A stretch of DNA of 64,000 nucleotides from Azolla caroliniana (lineage: Eukaryota > Plantae > Polypodiophyta), in assembly GCA_043228905.1 (NCBI GenBank), contig JBHGNT010000004.1:19530001-19594000 (forward strand), in the 5' to 3' direction. The translations under genes and the position numbers were made by a program. The notes under the pieces are model-generated. The model was not told the DNA's origin. It saw only the letters and a program-made list of their open reading frames with translations, and ran no database searches. Positions 1 to 13,131 of this stretch are shown piece after piece. The stretch's first letter is position 1; every line of letters begins with the position of its first letter.

Positions 1-390
1 ACACAGAAGCCTCGACTGCGACGACCTCGAAATTAATTATTATGGTTATTTACATTTGTGAACAATAATCCATGTACACAATCGATACGTAATAGGCGTC
101 AAGGCACTCCATTAACATTGTATAATGTCAAGCTCATTGTTTGTCGAGCTTAGGTCTCAATGACCATAATGTGGACTTCTAAGCACTAAAGTACAACCAG
201 AAAATGGTCTTGAATTGAAAACAATCTTGGTTGGGACAAACATATGATAGGAACTTTTGTTGGGGACAAGTGGTCGTAGTTTTTTGCTCAAATTTAATTG
301 TTAGGCTACTCGGTATTTGCAACCAACTTCCTATCTCATATCCATTGGGATTCGAAGCAACATTACAAGTTGATATAGACTCAATTTTGG

Positions 391-462
391 TATGGTTGCT
401 GGGATTCCAGCCTAGGTCTCCACGGCCACAACGTGGAATTCTAACCACTAATCTACAACCAC
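391..462 (-). pseudogene. trnH: tRNA-His(GUG), mutated copy
   Basis: Matches the array consensus but has substitutions in the acceptor stem, T arm/B box and D stem. Confidence 0.8.
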
Positions 463-1311
463 CGAGTTTGTGTTGCCAAATTGGAACTAACTCTTCACAA
501 CCGCAACATGGAGTTGTAACCACTAAGTATTGACTTTCCATGTTGCATGCATAAATGCATGGCTACAATCTAACTAACAAAGTAGGCAAGTTTCCATAAA
601 GGCGTCCATAACTGTGGAATTCTAATCACAAAGACTTGACTTCCTATGTGGCGTGAATAAATTGATGTACACAATGTATATGACATATGAGGCAACTCTC
701 GATAAAGCCATGGACAAATTCATGTACACATTCTATATGAAATAGGAGCCAACATTGCACTCGTGACTATATTATGCAATGTCGATAATGAAAACCAATG
801 ATATGCCAACTTCATACCCTGCCGAATTCAAAATCTAACAGTTTGCACACGTGAATGTACACTGAATTTTGGGGTCATTACTCGAATGTACGCGCAAGTC
901 TCAACTATGATGACCTCGAATTTTAACCATTGAGTCGATTTTTTTTGCTCAAATTAATTATTATGGTTATTTACATTTGCAAACAATAATCCATGTACAC
1001 ATTCGATATGTAATATGCGTCAAGCCCCTCCGATAACATTGTCTAATGTCAAGCTTATTGTTTGTCGAGCTGAGGTCTCCATGACTGTAACGTAGACCTC
1101 TAACCAGTAAAGTAAAACCACAAAGTTCTTTTAAACCCTAAACAGTCTTGGTTGGGATAAACATTTGATAGGAATTTTTGTTGGGGATGGTTGGTCGTAT
1201 CTTTTTGCTCAAATTAAATTGTTAGGCTCCACGATATTTGTAACCAACTTCCTATCTTAAATCCATTAGGATTTGAAGTATCTTTACAAGTTCATATAGT
1301 CACAGTTTTGG

Positions 1312-1383
1312 TGTGGTTGCTGGGATTCGAGCCGAAGTCTCCACGGCCACAATGTGGAATTCTAACCACTAAACTACAACCAC
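1312..1383 (-). pseudogene. trnH: tRNA-His(GUG), mutated copy
   Basis: T-stem and anticodon-stem substitutions relative to the intact copies. Confidence 0.8.
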
Positions 1384-2226
1384 CAAGTTTGTGTTGCCAA
1401 ATTGGAACTAACACTTCACAACTGCAACATGGAATTGTAACCACTAAGTACTAACCTCCCCTATTGCATGCATAAATTCGTAGCTACACTCTATATAAAT
1501 TATTAGGCAAGTCTCCATAAAGGGTTTCATAAATATGGAACTCTAATCACTAAGACTTGACTTCCTATGTGGCGTGAATAAATTCATGTACATAATCTAT
1601 AGAACATATGAGGTAACTCTCCATAAAGCCATAGACAAATTCATGTGCACATTCTTTATGAGATAGGAGCCAAAATTACATTTGTTCCAATATTGTGCAA
1701 TGTGGAAAATGAAAACCAATGCTATGCCAACTTCATACCTTGCTGAATTCAAAATGTAACAGTTTTGACACGTAAATGTACACTAAATTTTGCGGTCGTT
1801 GATGGAATGTACACGCAAGTGTCGACTACAACGACCTCGAAATTTAACCACAGAGTCGATTTTTATGCTCAAATTAATTATTATGGTTATTGGCATTTGC
1901 AAACAATAATGAATCTACATATTCCATACGTAATATGCGTCAAGCCCCTCCAATAACATTGTCTAATGTCAAGCTCATTGTTTGTCGAGCTTAGGTCTCC
2001 ATGACCGTAACGTGGACATCTAACCACTAAAGTAAAACCCCAAAATTCTTTTAAACCCTAAACAATCTTAGTTAAGATAAACATTTGATAGGAACCTTTG
2101 TTGGGGATGGTTGGTTGTATCTTTTTGGTCAAATTAAATTGTTACGCTCGATATTTGCAACCAACTTCCTATCTCAAATCCATTGGGATTTGAAGCATCT
2201 TTACATGTTGATATACTCAGTTTTGG

Positions 2227-2298
2227 TGTGGTTGCTAGTATTTGAGCCCAGGTCCCCACGGCCACAACGTGGAATTCTAACTACTAAACTACAACCAC
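2227..2298 (-). pseudogene. trnH: tRNA-His(GUG), mutated copy
   Basis: T arm is disrupted (ctagtatttgag on the + strand). Confidence 0.8.
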
Positions 2299-3146
2299 CA
2301 GGTTTCTGTTGTCAAATTGGAACTAACTCCTCACAACCGCAACATGGAGTTATAACCACTAAGTATTGACTTTCCATGTTGCACGCATAAATTCATGGCT
2401 ACATTCTATATAACATATTAGGCAAGTTTCCATAAAGGCGTCCATAAACGTGGAATTATAATCACCTAGACATGACTTCTTATGTCGCGTGAATAAATTG
2501 ATGTACACAATCTATATGACATATGAGGCAAGTCTCGATAAAGTCATGGAGCAATTCATGTACACATTCTATATGAAAAAGGAGCCAACATTGCACTCGT
2601 GACAATATTGTGCAATGTGTAAAATGAAAACCAATAATATGCCAACTTCATACCGTTCCGAATTCAAAATATAACAGTTTTCACACGTAAATGTACGCTA
2701 AATTTCTGGGTCGTTAATGGCATGTACACGCAAGTGTCGACTACGACAACCTCGAAATTTAACCACTAAGTCGTTTTTTTTGCTCAAATTTATTATTATT
2801 GTTATTTACATTTGGAAACAATAATCCATGAACACATTCGATACGTAATATGCGTCAAGGCCCTCCGCTAGCATTGCATAATGTCAAGCTCATTGTTTGT
2901 CGAGCTTAGGTCTCCATGACCATAACGTGGATTTCTAAGCACTAAAGTACAACCAGAAAATTGACTTAAATGGAAAACAATCTTGGTTGGGACGATCATA
3001 TGATAGGAACTTTTGTTGGGGACAGGTGGTCATAGTTTTTTTCTTAAATTAAATTGTTATCCTCCTCGGTATTTGCAACCAACTTCCTATGTCAAATCCA
3101 TGGGGATTCGAAGAATCTTTACAAGTTGATATAGAATCAGTTTTGG

Positions 3147-3219
3147 TGTGGTTTGCTGGGATTCTAGACCAGGTCTCCACGGCCACAACGTGGAATTCTA
3201 ACAACTAAACTACAACCAC
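3147..3219 (-). pseudogene. trnH: tRNA-His(GUG), mutated copy
   Basis: 1-nt insertion in the acceptor stem, altered T loop and D loop. Confidence 0.8.
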
Positions 3220-4062
3220 CGAGTTTGTGTTGCCAAATTGGAACTAACTCTTCACAACCGCAACATGGAGTTGTAACCATTAAGTATGGACTTCCCATGT
3301 TGCATGCATAAATTCGTGGCTACATTCTATATAACATATTAGGCAAGTTTCCATAAAGGCATGGAATTCTAATCACTAAGACTTGCCTTTCTATGTGGTT
3401 TGAATATATTGATGTACACAATCTATATGACATATGAGGCAAGTGTTAATAAAGCAATGGAAAAATTCATGTACACATTCGATATGAAATAGGAAGCAAC
3501 ATTGCACTCGTGACAGTAATGTGCAATGTGGAAAATGAAAACCAATGATATGCCAACTTCATACCCATCCGAATTCAAAATCTAACAGTTCTCACACGTG
3601 AGTGTACACTGAATTTCGGGGTCGTTAATGGAATGTACACGCAAGTCTCGACTACGACGACCTCGAATTTTAACCACTGAGTCGATTTTTTTTGCTCAAA
3701 TTAATTATTATGGTTATTTTACATTTGCAAACAATAATCCATGTACACATTCGATATATAATATGCGTCAACGCCCTCTGATAACATTGTATAATATCAA
3801 TCTCATTGCTTGTGGAGCTTAGGTTTCCATGACCATAACCTTGACTTCTAAGCACTAAAGTAGAACCAAAAAATTGTCTTAAATTGAAAATAATCTTGGT
3901 TGGGACGAACATTTGATGACAGAAACTTTTGTTAGGGACAGGTGGTTGTAGTTTTTTGCTTAAATTAAATTGTTATGCTTCTCGATATTTGCAACCAACT
4001 TCCTATCTCAAATCCATTGGGATTCAAAGCATCTTTACAAGTTGATATAGACTCAATTTTGG

Positions 4063-4134
4063 TGTGGTTGCTGGGATTCGAGCCCAGGTCTCCACGGCCA
4101 CAACGTGGAATTCTAACCACTAAACTACAACCAC
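4063..4134 (-). tRNA. trnH: tRNA-His(GUG), intact
   Basis: Minus strand reads GTGGTTGTAGTTTAGTGGTTAGAATTCCACGTTGTGGCCGTGGAGACCTGGGCTCGAATCCCAGCAACCACA: full cloverleaf, GTG anticodon, plant cytosolic type. Preceded by G and followed by CCA. Confidence 0.93.
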
Positions 4135-5893
4135 CGAGATTGTATTACCAAATTGGAACTAACTCTTCACAACCGCAACATGGAGTTGTAACCACGAAGT
4201 ATTGACTTTCCATGTTGCATGCAGAATTTCATAGCTACACTCTATAGAACATCTTCACGTCTTCACGTCTAACTGCTCTGCCTCAAGGTCCATGCTTGCC
4301 GTTATGCTCAATACCATTCGGATGGAAGTCATCTTTACTACCGAGGCAAATACCTTGTCGAAGTCCATGCCCTTCTTTTACTGGAACCTTTTCACCACGA
4401 TCATGGCTTTGTATCTTGGGGGGTTGCTGGCATCTCTCGGGTTTAGCTTGTACACACACTTGTTTCGGAGTGCCCTCTTTTCTTTTGCGAACTCCACCAA
4501 TTTATACGTGTGGTTCTCATGCATGGAATCCATCTCGTCTTGCATGGCACTCAACCACTTGCAGTTGTGGGTGTCTCTCTTAGCTTCTTTGAAGCTTTCC
4601 GGCTCCCCCTGATCGGTTAGCAGTACATCCTCTCGATCTGGACACCATTCTCTCTCTGAGAGGCTATCTGTGTCTTTTGTTTCTAGCAACCGGTTCCTCT
4701 ATTTGTTCTTCATCCGAATTTGATTCAGGTTCTTGGTCGGTTCCGGTTCATGTTTCCTCTTCTTCTTCTGCCGGTTCGGTGTCCTCTCCGTAACCGGCCG
4801 GTTCTTCGAGTGTTAACCGGCTCTTTGCCGGTTGGGTTTGCATCTCATCGAACCGATCGTTACCGGTCAACTCAGAGTTCATTATCATCTTCTCCAACAC
4901 CCAGTCGGGAAGGGTCTTGTTTTCCATGAAGATAATATCTCGACTCCGGAACACCTTCTTGTCGACGGGGTCCCACACTCGGTAACCGAACTGATCATCG
5001 CCGTATTCGAGGAATATGCAAGGCCTAGACTTTGGATCCAAATTTGCTCTCTGGTCCTTTGCCACATGCACGTAAGCGAGACACTCGAACACCTTCAGAT
5101 ACCGTTAAGGCACTTCCTTACCAGTCAATAGTCTCTGCGGCGTGTCTCCGTCCAAGGGTACTGAGGGTGATCTTTTTATCACGTACGTGGTTGTCGCAAC
5201 CGCCTCAACCCAAAACGTCTTGGGTAACTTGGCATGTGTTAGCATACTCCGGACCGTCTCCATTATGGTCTGGTTTATCCTCTCGGCCAACTGGTTTTGT
5301 CCCGACGTCTTCGGCACGGTACATTCGAGCTGGATTCCCTTTGAGCAGTAGTACTCCTCGAACTGCCCCCGATATTCTCCTCTGTTATTTGCTCGAACCG
5401 CCTTTAGCTTCCAGCCGGTTTCTCTTTCCACTCTTGCGTGGAGCTCCTTGAAGACGGATAACAGCTGATCCTTCGTCTAAAACGGTGTGACCCACAGCTT
5501 CCGGCTATGGTCGTCTATGAACGTCACGAATTACTGCGATCCGGCATGTGACTTCGTGTCCACTTGACACACATTGGTATGCACCAGCTCCAGTGTTGCA
5601 TTTCGTCTCATCGGTGGCCTTGAGCGGAAGGAGGTTCGGTTTTGCTTACCGGCTAGGCAGTCGGTGCATTTCTGAAGCTGCACGTCTTTCACCATAATGA
5701 GGTTGTCATCGGCAAGCCTCTTCATCCCCTTCTCTCTCATGTGACACAGCTCACCGACAGTGTCAGATACGACGTTCACTTCTTCCCGGCATAACCGGGC
5801 ATTCATTAGGTATAGAGTGTTGACTTTCCGGGCTCGAGCCACTATTAGGCTCCCTTTACTGAACTTCATGACTCCGTTCCGGATGCTACCCAT

Positions 5894-7424
5894 TGTCGTG
5901 AAAATCCGTCACTATGTGCGGATCGTGAGACGGAACCACCGGGGTTCTGGACTCGAAGGATTTAGATCAACATGTACAACACAAGCAAGTTTTAAGCATA
6001 AGACAAGTGGGAGAGACAAGTCATTAGTTTATTGCAAAAGAAAATCAATTCTTTATAATTTCAGAATCGTGTTACAATGGGTTGGGTATGGAAATGAGAG
6101 ATTAGTTTTTCAAAGAAAGGAGCCAACAACCATGCAAGGAGTGGTCCGATATGAATACGAGAGATAATTTTTGACAAGAAAGATCAAGTAAACAAAGCTA
6201 GGAGTTTGATATCAATATGTGAGATAATTTGTTTCTCTAATCTGAGAGGGAAGAAGAAAGAAGGGGGGGGGGGGGGGGGGGCAGGAACTAGGACGGAAAA
6301 AATGGGACATATATCGAGCTCCTCGTTGATCCTCCTCCCCAATGTTACTTTGCATCCCCACTTTTAGTTGGATGGCCTCTATTTTTAGTTGCATGGCCTC
6401 TGCTTTTAGTTGCGTGCTTCCATTTTTAGATGCATGCCTTTTACTTTTAGTTGCATGGCCCTGGCTTTTGGTTGCATGCAATTGTCCGTATCATTCGGCC
6501 AAATGACACAATCATCTATAAAGTTTAGCCCGTGCGCAATCCGTGCGTGCGTCGCAACCAAACCGTAGACACGTTCGCGCGCAAAAGTCTCGACCGCGTA
6601 GTAGTGTACGGATCCATGCATTCGCACGTCCCGACCGCGCCATAGTTTACGCATCCACACGCGCGCACGTCCAACCCACACCATGTACGCATCCGCACAC
6701 AAAGCGCGCGTCCAACCCACACCGTGTACGCATCCGCGCATAAAAGTCTCGACCGCGCCGTAGTGTACGCATCCACGTGTCCGCACACACGCGTCCGTCC
6801 ACGCATGCGCGCGACGCGCACACACACATCCGCGCGCTCGTCTGCATATATGCGTACGCCCGAAACTTGCACACGCACGTACATCCGAAGACGTCCATGC
6901 GCGCATACGTCCAAAAACGTCCACGCGGCCATGCACACGCGTCCACGCATGCGCGCGACGCGCACACACACATCCGCGCGCTCGTCTGCATATATGCGTA
7001 CGCCCGAAACTTGCACGCGCACGTACATCCGAAGACGTCCATGCGCGTATACGTCCAAAAACGTCCACGCGGCCATGCACACGCACATATGCCCGAAGCG
7101 TGCAACACAACACATAGTGTAACCCAAGTCCCCTTGAACATTCTATGCTCCACACATTGATAGAATGAATATGTTTTGGTTTCCCTTATATATTCTGGGT
7201 TCTAATTTTGTCCTATCTATGTGGGATATCTCATAGTTTTGTCTTGTCTTTTCTTTTCTTCAAACTTCACACTCACATAACTTGATACTTGTTTATCCGT
7301 TTTATGCGTAGTAAAATACGCTATGAAACTCTTGAACACATCTATCATTTTATATCCATATATTAAGCTAATCGTAAATAATTATTTACTAGTTTTCATA
7401 TCGTGTGTGAAAAACCACACGACA
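5894..7424. mobile_element. Probable solo LTR (TGTCG...CGACA lineage) nested in Copia
   Basis: Termini TGTCGTG...CACGACA and flanks CCAT/CCGT (4-bp TSD, one mismatch). The Copia coding sequence rejoins across it (compare 30921-30940). Confidence 0.8.
6530..7110. repeat. CA/CG-rich alternating purine-pyrimidine repeat block with a 144-bp tandem duplication
   Basis: Near-identical blocks start at 6797 and 6941; (CA)n, (CG)n and CGTA motifs dominate. Confidence 0.85.
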
Positions 7425-9738
7425 CCGTGTAGCCTTCATGGTCTAGCTGACCGGCTTATATTAGGTTCAGTCGAACCTCTAGAACGTGTCAGACATCCTT
7501 CAGCATTAGCTTGCATCCGGTTGGTGTTGTCAACCACATGTCTCCTATGCCGAAAATTCGGCATGTACCTTCATTCCCCATCCGGACACAATTGTGCTCA
7601 CCAACTATGTAGGATGAGAAGCATTTCCGGTCCAAGCTCAGGTGGAACGACACTCCGGAATCGACAACCCACGTCGTCTTGTTGCCGACAGGGTACAACT
7701 CATTGTCTTCAGTGATGAGCATCAACTCTTCTTCACTTGCTGCGATTGCCGTCGTTCCCTTCCGGTCCGGCCCCCTCCGGTCTTTACCGTTCCGGTCCGG
7801 TGACCACTTCGAATCAGTATTGTTGATTTCCTTGTCTTTCGGGAAATGCCGACAGTTCTTTTGGAAGTGCCCCGGCTTGCCGCAATAGAAGCAAGTGGGC
7901 CTCCCCCTTGACTTTGACCGTGTCCCCGACTTTTCCCGGTTCTGGGGACTCCGATTCCCTTGTCTTCCGCGTTCCGATTCGGTAAGGAGGGCTTTGGCGT
8001 TGGAAGTCACCTCCTTGTCTTTTCGACACGCCTCCTCATCTACCAAGCTCGACTTGATTCTTTCTAGGGATAGTTGTTTTCCTTCCGCCCTAGCGTTGCC
8101 CAAAGTGACAACTAACATCTCCTAGCTATCCGGGAGGGAACCAAGCAGGAGTAATGCTAGTACCTCATCGGCGAGAGGTACTTCCAATGATGTTGCCTTG
8201 TGTATCAGCCCCTAGAAGGCATTCATTCTGAAACCCGATTAACCACATTTTTGTTCTGAAACATAACGTCGATCTTCTCCCAGAGCTCATGAGCCTTGCT
8301 CTCTTCATTGAAGTTGTTGTACAAGCTCATGTCGATGAAGCATCGTTTGTACGTCGTTGTCATGTGCATCACCTCCCATATCATGGCATCGATCTTGTCC
8401 GGTCTCTTGTCCCCGAACTGAACCGGCAACCAATGATCTTTAACCACGAGCATGTCCCTCATCTTCGACTTCCACACTGAGAAGTTGAAGCCGGCGAGCT
8501 TGAGCATGCCGCCAAATGAATCTTCCATTTTCTATGTCGTTTTGCTCTGATACCAGATTGTAGAGAATATGCGGAATAATGCTCGGCCATAACCGAGTCT
8601 TCAACTACAATTTCGTTGAGAATTAGAATCACAGAAATGGGAATGTAGAGATAGATACACGTATACACAAACAATATGAGAGAGGGTACACAATATGTTT
8701 ACGTGGAAAACCCTAAATGGGAAAAACTAGGTGAGTTCACAAAGTCCAACTATCACTATGCAACGAGAATACAACAAAGGAACACAGAGGCAACGACCTC
8801 TTGCCCTCAATCTTTGCCTAACGGTAGTTACAACAGAGACACACTCTGCATCGCTCTCTCTCTCTCTCTGTTACTCTTTGTACAGTAGTTACAACAATAA
8901 TTCTAAAAAACATCATCATACTCTACTTGTCCTAGGTCATATTTATACTAATATGACTTTCGGGCTATTTACAAATGTAGCCACAATGGGCTAACATAGA
9001 CATATTTACATATATGTCCCTTCATCCGGTGAGAGGTTCTCACCAGGCTTGCATCATCCGGTTCTCACAGGGTCTTCATTGTCGGGTACTCCTCATCCGG
9101 TTCTCACCGGGTATTCCTTACCGGGTACTCATCATCCGGTTCTCACAGGGTCTTCTGTTGCCGAGTACTCATATCCCATCCGGAGGAACCAAAATCCTAA
9201 AACTTAAAGTGATTGCCCTAAGTCATATTTATAGTAATATGAACTTAGGGCTATTTACAACTATAGCGTCAATGGCCTTACTCCAGACATATTTACAAAT
9301 CTGTCTTCTCTTTCGGTTCTCACCGGGTCTCCTCTGATTTCCAAATCTCTTCCAGTTCTCACCGGGTACTCTTTATTCATTACTGGATCCCATCCTGAGA
9401 GACCGATTTCCCAACATCAATGTACACATTCGATACGTAATATGCGTCAAGGCCCTCTGATTAGAATGTATAATGTCACACTCATTGTTTCTCAAGCTTA
9501 GGTCTACATGACCAGAACGTGGACTTCTAACCACTAAAGTACAACCACAAAATGGTCTTAAATTGAAAACAATCTTGGTTGCGACGAACATTTAATAGGA
9601 ACCTTTGTTGGGGATGGTTGGTCATAGTTCTTTGCTTAAATTAAAGTGTTATGCTCCTCGGTGTTTGCAACCAACTTCCTATCTCAAATCCATCGGGATT
9701 CGAAGCACCTTTACAGGTTGATATAAACTTAGTTTTGG

Positions 9739-9810
9739 TGTGGTTGCTGGGATTCGAGCCCAGGTCTCCACGGCCACAACGTGGAATTCTAACCACTAAA
9801 CTACAACCAC
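9739..9810 (-). tRNA. trnH: tRNA-His(GUG), intact
   Basis: Same sequence as 4063-4134, with G-1 and CCA encoded. Confidence 0.93.
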
Positions 9811-10524
9811 CGAGTGAGTTTGTGTTGCTAAATTGGAACTATCTCTTCACAACCGCAACATGGAGCTGTAACCACTAAGTACTGACTTTCCATGTTGCAT
9901 GCATAAATTCATAGCTACGCTCTATATAACATATTAGGCAAGTCTCTTAAAGGCATCCAGAAATATGGAGTTCTAATCACTAAGAGTTCAAATCCTATGT
10001 GGCGTGAATAAATTAATGTGTAGAATCTATATGACATATGAGGCAAGTTTTGATAAAGCCATGGACAAATTCATGTGCACATTCTATATGAAATAGGAGC
10101 CAAGATTGCACTCCTGACAATATTGTGCAATGTGGAAAATGAAAACCAATCTCGAATTTTAACCACGAAGTCAAATTTTTTGCTCAAATGAATTATTATG
10201 GTTTTTATTTGCAAACATAAATCAATGTACACATTTGATACGTAATATGTGTCAAGGCCCTCCGATAACAATGTATAATGTCAAGCTCATTGTTTTTCAA
10301 GCTTAGGTCCACATGACCAGAACGTGGACTTCTAACCACTAAAGTACAAGCACAAAATTCTCTTAAATTGAAAACAATCTTGGTTGGCAAGAACATTTGA
10401 AAGGAATCTTTGTTGGGGATGGTTGGTCATAGTTTTTTGCTCCTCAGTATTTGCAACCAACTTCCTATCTCTAATCTATTAGGATTCGAAGCATCTTTAC
10501 AGGTTGATATAAACTTAGTTTTTG

Positions 10525-10596
10525 TGTGGTTGCTGGGATTCGAGCCCAGGTCTCCACGGCCACAACGTGGAATTCTAACCACTAAACTACAACCAC
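10525..10596 (-). tRNA. trnH: tRNA-His(GUG), intact
   Basis: Same tRNA body as 4063-4134; the downstream CCA reads CAA. Confidence 0.92.
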
Positions 10597-10792
10597 CAAG
10601 TTTGTGTTGTCAAATTGGAACTAACTCTTCTCACCCGCAACATGGAGTTGTTACCACTATGTACCGACTTTCCATACTTCATGCATAAATTCATAGATAT
10701 ACTCTATATAACATATTCGGTGTTGACTATACGGTCATGACAAGGAGTGCGAAATGGTTGATCATCGGTGGGGAGAGGCCTAGATGCGAGAG

Positions 10793-10891
10793 AGGTTTTG
10801 GGTTTAGGGGTTTTGGGTTTAGGAATTAGGGTTTAGGGATTTGAGGATTAAAGAGTAGGATTTAGGGGTTTAGGGTTTTAGGGATTAGGGT
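10793..10891 (+). repeat. Degenerate interstitial telomere-like (TTTAGGG)n tract
   Basis: Several TTTAGGG, TTAGGG and TTTTGGG units, flanked by a ~60-bp direct repeat (~10722-10780 and ~10892-10950). Confidence 0.8.
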
Positions 10892-11595
10892 TGTTGACCA
10901 TATGGTCGTGACATGGAGTGTGGAATGGTAGATCGTCAATGGGTAGAGGAAAGAGAAAACAGGGTTCACGATTAAGCATAAGAGGGGATGAAGTGTAAAT
11001 AACCACCAAGAACAATTTGAGCGCACCCAAATCGTTTAACACACTTGGTGTAAGTGAAGCATAATGAGAGATAGAGGAAGGGGAGAGAGACGAGGGATTA
11101 ATCACTAACATTAAAACTAGAAATAAGTTAAAACATAACCATAAGCTAAATAGTCTAGATGAGAGAGAGGGAGAGATTAAGAAGGAGACTAATTTTCATT
11201 AAGGAAAAGGAAAAGTTACAATACCATGGGTAATGGTCATGAGCAAACTAGTTTCGCCCCCTACGGGCCTCATCAGTGCTAAAATGACCATTTGGGGTGG
11301 ATAGGTTTACATAAGGAGTTTTCGGAAAGGCTTTAGAGAAATGACAATGGGGAGTGTGGGTGTGCTTATGGATGTGATTGAAAGGGGGAAGATTTGGAGA
11401 AGAAGGAAAAGGATTTTATGGGCTTTAATGTGATAAGGGGAAGGTTTTGGTATAAGGAAAATGAGGTTATATTGTAAAAGGAGGGATAAGAAGAAAACGG
11501 AGAGTTTAGGATATAAAATGTAAAAAGAGAGGAAATATAAGGGGCATTAAGAGAGAGGGGGAAACAAGGATTATGTGAGATGATGAGAAGGGAAG

Positions 11596-11628
<33 letters not shown>

Positions 11629-11741
11629 CGCTTTTTGCTGAAATTAAATTCTTATGCTTCTCGATATTTGCAACCAACTTTCTATCTCAAATCCATCGAG
11701 ATTCGAAGTATCTTTACATGTTGATATATACTCACTTTTGG

Positions 11742-11813
11742 TGTGGTTGCTGGGATTCGAGCCCAAGTCTCCATGACCACAACGTGGAATTCTAACCACT
11801 AAACTACAACCAC
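11742..11813 (-). pseudogene. trnH: tRNA-His(GUG), mildly mutated
   Basis: Substitutions in the anticodon arm and T stem. Confidence 0.8.
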
Positions 11814-13059
11814 CGAGTTTGTGTTGCCAAATTGGAACTAAGTCTTCACAACCGCACTATGGAGTTGTAAACACTAAGTACTGAATTTCCATGTTGCATG
11901 CATAAATTCATAGCTACACTCTATATAATATATTAGGCAAGTTTCCATAAAGGCATCCATAAATATGAAACTCTATTCATTAAGACTTGACTTCCTATGT
12001 GGCGTGAATAAATTGATATACACAATCTATATCACATATGAGGCAAGTCTCCATAAAGCCATGGACAAATTCAAGTGCACATTCTATAGGAAATAGGAGC
12101 CAAGATTGCACTCGTGACAATATTGTGCAATGTGGAAAATGAAAACCAATGGTATGCCAACTTCATACCCTACCAAATTCAAAATATAACAGTTTTCACA
12201 TATAACTGTACACTAAATTTCGGGGTCCTGAATGGGATTCATGCACAGTCTCGACTGCGATGACCTCGAATTGGGATTCATGCACAAATGTCGATTGCGA
12301 TAACTGGGAATTTTAACCACGGAGTTGATTTTTTTGCTCAAATTAATTTTTATGGTTATTTGTATTTGCAAACCCTAATCGACGTACACATTTGACACGT
12401 AATATGTGTCAAGGCGGTCCAATAACAATGTATAATGTCAAGCTCGTTGTTGGTCGACCTTAGCTCTCCATGACCATAACGTGGACTTCTAACCACTAAA
12501 GTACAATCACAAAATGCTCTTAAATTGAAAACAATCTTGGTCGGGACGAACAATTGATAGGAACCTTTGTTGGGGATGGGTGGTCGTAGTTCGGGGTCTT
12601 GCCAAATGTACACTAAAATTCGGGGTCCTGAACAAGATTCATGCACAAGTCTCGACTCACGACCTTGAATTTTAACAACTGAGTCGATTTTTTTGCTCAA
12701 ATTAATTATTATGGTTATTTGCATTTGCAAACACTAATCGATATACATATACGATATGTAATATGCATCAAGGTGCTCCGATAACAATGTATAATGTCAA
12801 GCTCATTGTTTGTAGAGATTAGGTCTCCATGACCATAACGTGGACTTCTAAACACTAAAGTACAACCCCAAAATGCTCTTAAATTGAAAACAATCTTGGT
12901 TGGGACGAACATTTGATAGGAACCTTTGTTGGGAATGTTTGGTCGAAGTTCTTTGCACAAATTAAAGTGTTATGCTCCTCGGTATTTGCAACCAACTTCC
13001 TATCTCAAATCCATGAGGATTCGAAGCATCTTTACAAGTTGATATAGGCTCAGTTTTGG

Positions 13060-13131
13060 TGTGGTTGCTGGGATTCGAGCCCAGGTCTCCACGGCCACAA
13101 CGTGGAATTCTAACCACTAAACTACAACCAC
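13060..13131 (-). tRNA. trnH: tRNA-His(GUG), intact
   Basis: Same sequence as 4063-4134, with G-1 and CCA encoded. Confidence 0.93.

Larger units (their letters stand above)
4254..8528 (-). pseudogene. gag-pol: Copia gag-pol pseudogene (stops and frameshifts; split by a solo LTR)
   Basis: ORF fragments 8223-8528, 7489-8118, 5531-5893, 5105-5431, 4748-5092 and 4378-4689 lie in Copia domain order. Confidence 0.9.
4253..9416 (-). mobile_element. Ty1/Copia LTR retrotransposon, 3'-truncated within RT (same family as 21832-34249)
   Basis: 5' LTR 8559-9416 (TG...CA on minus strand) and iMet PBS TGGTATCAGAGC at 8544-8555. Decayed gag (MEDSFGG..., CFYCGKPGHFQKNC knuckle), protease (WVVDSG), integrase and the start of RT. 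No 3' LTR. Confidence 0.92.

Noticed and set aside
4063-4134. Bacterial or organellar origin of the tRNA-His (encoded G-1 and CCA)
   Set aside because: The body is plant cytosolic type with an A73 discriminator rather than C73, and there is no organellar context.
6406-7160. Several overlapping 130-250-aa ORFs rich in R/C/V/A/H/T
   Set aside because: Artefact of a stop-poor alternating CA/CG repeat that is open in most frames.
10793-10891. True chromosome end
   Set aside because: Short, degenerate and internal, with satellite on both sides.
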